DNA from: Eledone cirrhosa
Taxonomy: Eukaryota
Direction of reading: 5' to 3'
NCBI GenBank assembly: GCA_964016885.1
Contig: OZ024761.1
Coordinates: 930,001 to 994,000, forward strand
DNA: 64,000 bases
A program made the position numbers and the translations under genes. The notes under the pieces are model-generated. The model saw only the letters and a program-made list of their open reading frames with translations, was not told the DNA's origin and ran no database searches. Positions 61,474 to 64,000 of the stretch are shown here, piece by piece (within the stretch, counting starts at the first letter, position 1; the number at the start of each line of letters is the position of its first letter).

Positions 61474-61550
61474 AGAAGTTCTATTTAAATTGTTAGGATA
61501 CAGCAAGTAAATATTTTAATAACTATATATACATATACTTATACATCTCA

Positions 61551-61628
<78 letters not shown>

Positions 61629-62030
61629 GTATGTATATGTATATATGTATGAGTGTGCGTGTGTGAATCTAGGTTTAAAGGCTATATGTGTAGATTTAAT
61701 TATAGAAGACATATGTGCGTGTGTGTGGTCCGTGTCTATTAAGGTAGACATACAAATGTCAATGTATGTGTGAGTGTGTGTGTACCTATTTATGTGTATG
61801 TAAATATAGGTCTAAAGACTACTGAGTGAGTATATTAAGATATGCACATATATATATATATATATGCGGGTGTTTATGTGTGTGTGTAAGTGTTTGTTTA
61901 TATATATTTGTGAGTATTACAATATACTGTGTATGTGTGTTAATATTGCAGGTATGTGTGTGCATGTATATATATATATATATATATTATAGGTAAAAAA
62001 TATGTATGTGTGTGTGTGTACGTGTGAGTG

Positions 62031-62072
<42 letters not shown>

Positions 62073-62245
62073 AAGGCATAACTGGATGTCATTGTGACTC
62101 AGTGATTTATAAATTGGCGTACGTACTCGTACGTGTGTATGTATGTGTGTGAATTAGACTATGAAAATATGTATGTAACTGTTCGAGTTAGCAATATAAT
62201 TTTCGTTTTTCAGTCTCTCTCTCTCACTATACACATGTGTGTATT

Positions 62246-62370
<125 letters not shown>

Positions 62371-62455
62371 GAAAAGTGTAGAAATTATTGTAGCAAGAAG
62401 CCAACAGTATTCCATAATATATAAGTGATTATAGCGTCAAAGTGTTGGAGCTCTG

Positions 62456-62491
<36 letters not shown>

Positions 62492-62688
62492 CAGAGGTCC
62501 AACACAATACATATATACATACATAAGAAGAAATTAAAAGATGTTTAAAAAAAGTTCCATATATTTTTTTTAACCATCTTTTATTTTATTCTTATATATA
62601 CTCCAGTTCTATCAACTGTTGAGTGCTACTTAACTGATATATGCATAGTTTTATTGTTCTACAATAAAACTCACCTCCTACATTATAT

Positions 62689-62830
<142 letters not shown>

Positions 62831-63124
62831 ATGTGTGTGTACATCAGATTTCAGATTATATATTTCATAACTATACACCATACACGCAAATGCCTATATA
62901 CGCATATATGTGTATTTGAATATGTATAGCTATGTCTGCACGTGTAGGTGGATTTATAAATTGCATGCATATTCTGAACTCTCAGTGAGTGTATATGTGC
63001 GTATGTAATGGAACATGTGTATGTAAAGTATATAACTGGTGATCTACCTATTTACCTGTATGTTTGTGAGTGTGTTTGTCTGCGTATATAGAAGGATAGA
63101 TATAGCTAGATTGCGTAAATAGAT

Positions 63125-63169
<45 letters not shown>

Positions 63170-63613
63170 GGAGATTAATAGCTGGTAGACGTATAGATAG
63201 ATAGGTGGATTGCTAAATAGATGGATAGGTAGAGAGAGATGATAGATAGGCAGATAAATAGATGGATAGACAGATAGATGGATTGATAAATAGATGGATA
63301 GGTAGGTAGATAGATAAGGACGAAGGAGGATAGATGGATTGATAAATAGATGGATAGGTAGGTAGATAGATAAGGACGAAGGAGGATAGGTAAAATAGGA
63401 GATATATATATTTAAAGAGAGAAGTAAATAGATAGAGTTAAGAGCTGTGTGGGTTTTGTAGTTCGTCTCAACACCGTCTATAAACATCGCACCCACCCCT
63501 CTCTTTCTCTCCCCCTCTCCCTCTCTCTCCTTTCCTGTGCTTTCGTCCCAAACACGTATATGTAAAATAAATAATACACACATATATATAGTATGTATTT
63601 CTTGATGCATGTG

Positions 63614-63674
<61 letters not shown>

Positions 63675-64000
63675 ACATACACACACATCTATATGTACAC
63701 GCCCGTTGCCTTGACACAGAGTGCTCTCGTTTTTCTTCCTCCTCTTTTTTTTTTGCATGCATGTATCAAATACACTGCGTGTATAAATAGATGGATGAGT
63801 GTAGAAATGTAGAGAGTCTGTGTCTGTGCATGTGTATGGTATGTGTAAGTGTGAGTGCCTTTCTGTTTATCATCAACCACAATTGCTCACCTATGTGAGT
63901 CGTAAATTTCTTCACTTAATCCAATCTCACCCAAGAAACCCTAGAAGAAAGATTGAGGTTGAGTAAAGCTATAGTTTTTGTTTTTACCAGGAAATCGGGG

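Overview
AT-rich, microsatellite-saturated animal DNA; the repeat repertoire suggests an octopus or other coleoid cephalopod (inference). Only one host coding exon is recognisable: striatin-family exon 1 on the minus strand (57744-58229), with a CRE and an overlapping uORF upstream. Nearly all other ORF-track entries are microsatellite artefacts. A possible second minus-strand gene starts at about 20.9 kb, where CpG content changes. The rest is LINE fragments (CR1-like, RTE, Tx1-like, CRE-like), tRNA-derived SINEs, TTAA-flanked MITEs, kb-scale (TA)n arrays, a 200-N gap and a ~7 kb 49-bp minisatellite with higher-order structure. The main discovery is a dense, multi-family set of minimal type I hammerhead ribozyme (HHR) motifs, about a dozen intact cores plus degenerate ones. 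They have palindromic helix III, sit in non-coding cassettes mostly inserted in (TA)n, and usually carry an inverted duplication, which is typical of Penelope-like element (PLE) mobilisation. The set includes a ~426-450 bp tandem unit with one HHR and one octamer motif per monomer (31.7-33.3 kb), a candidate circRNA-producing retrozyme. All alignments and folds were done by eye; no database searches were run.
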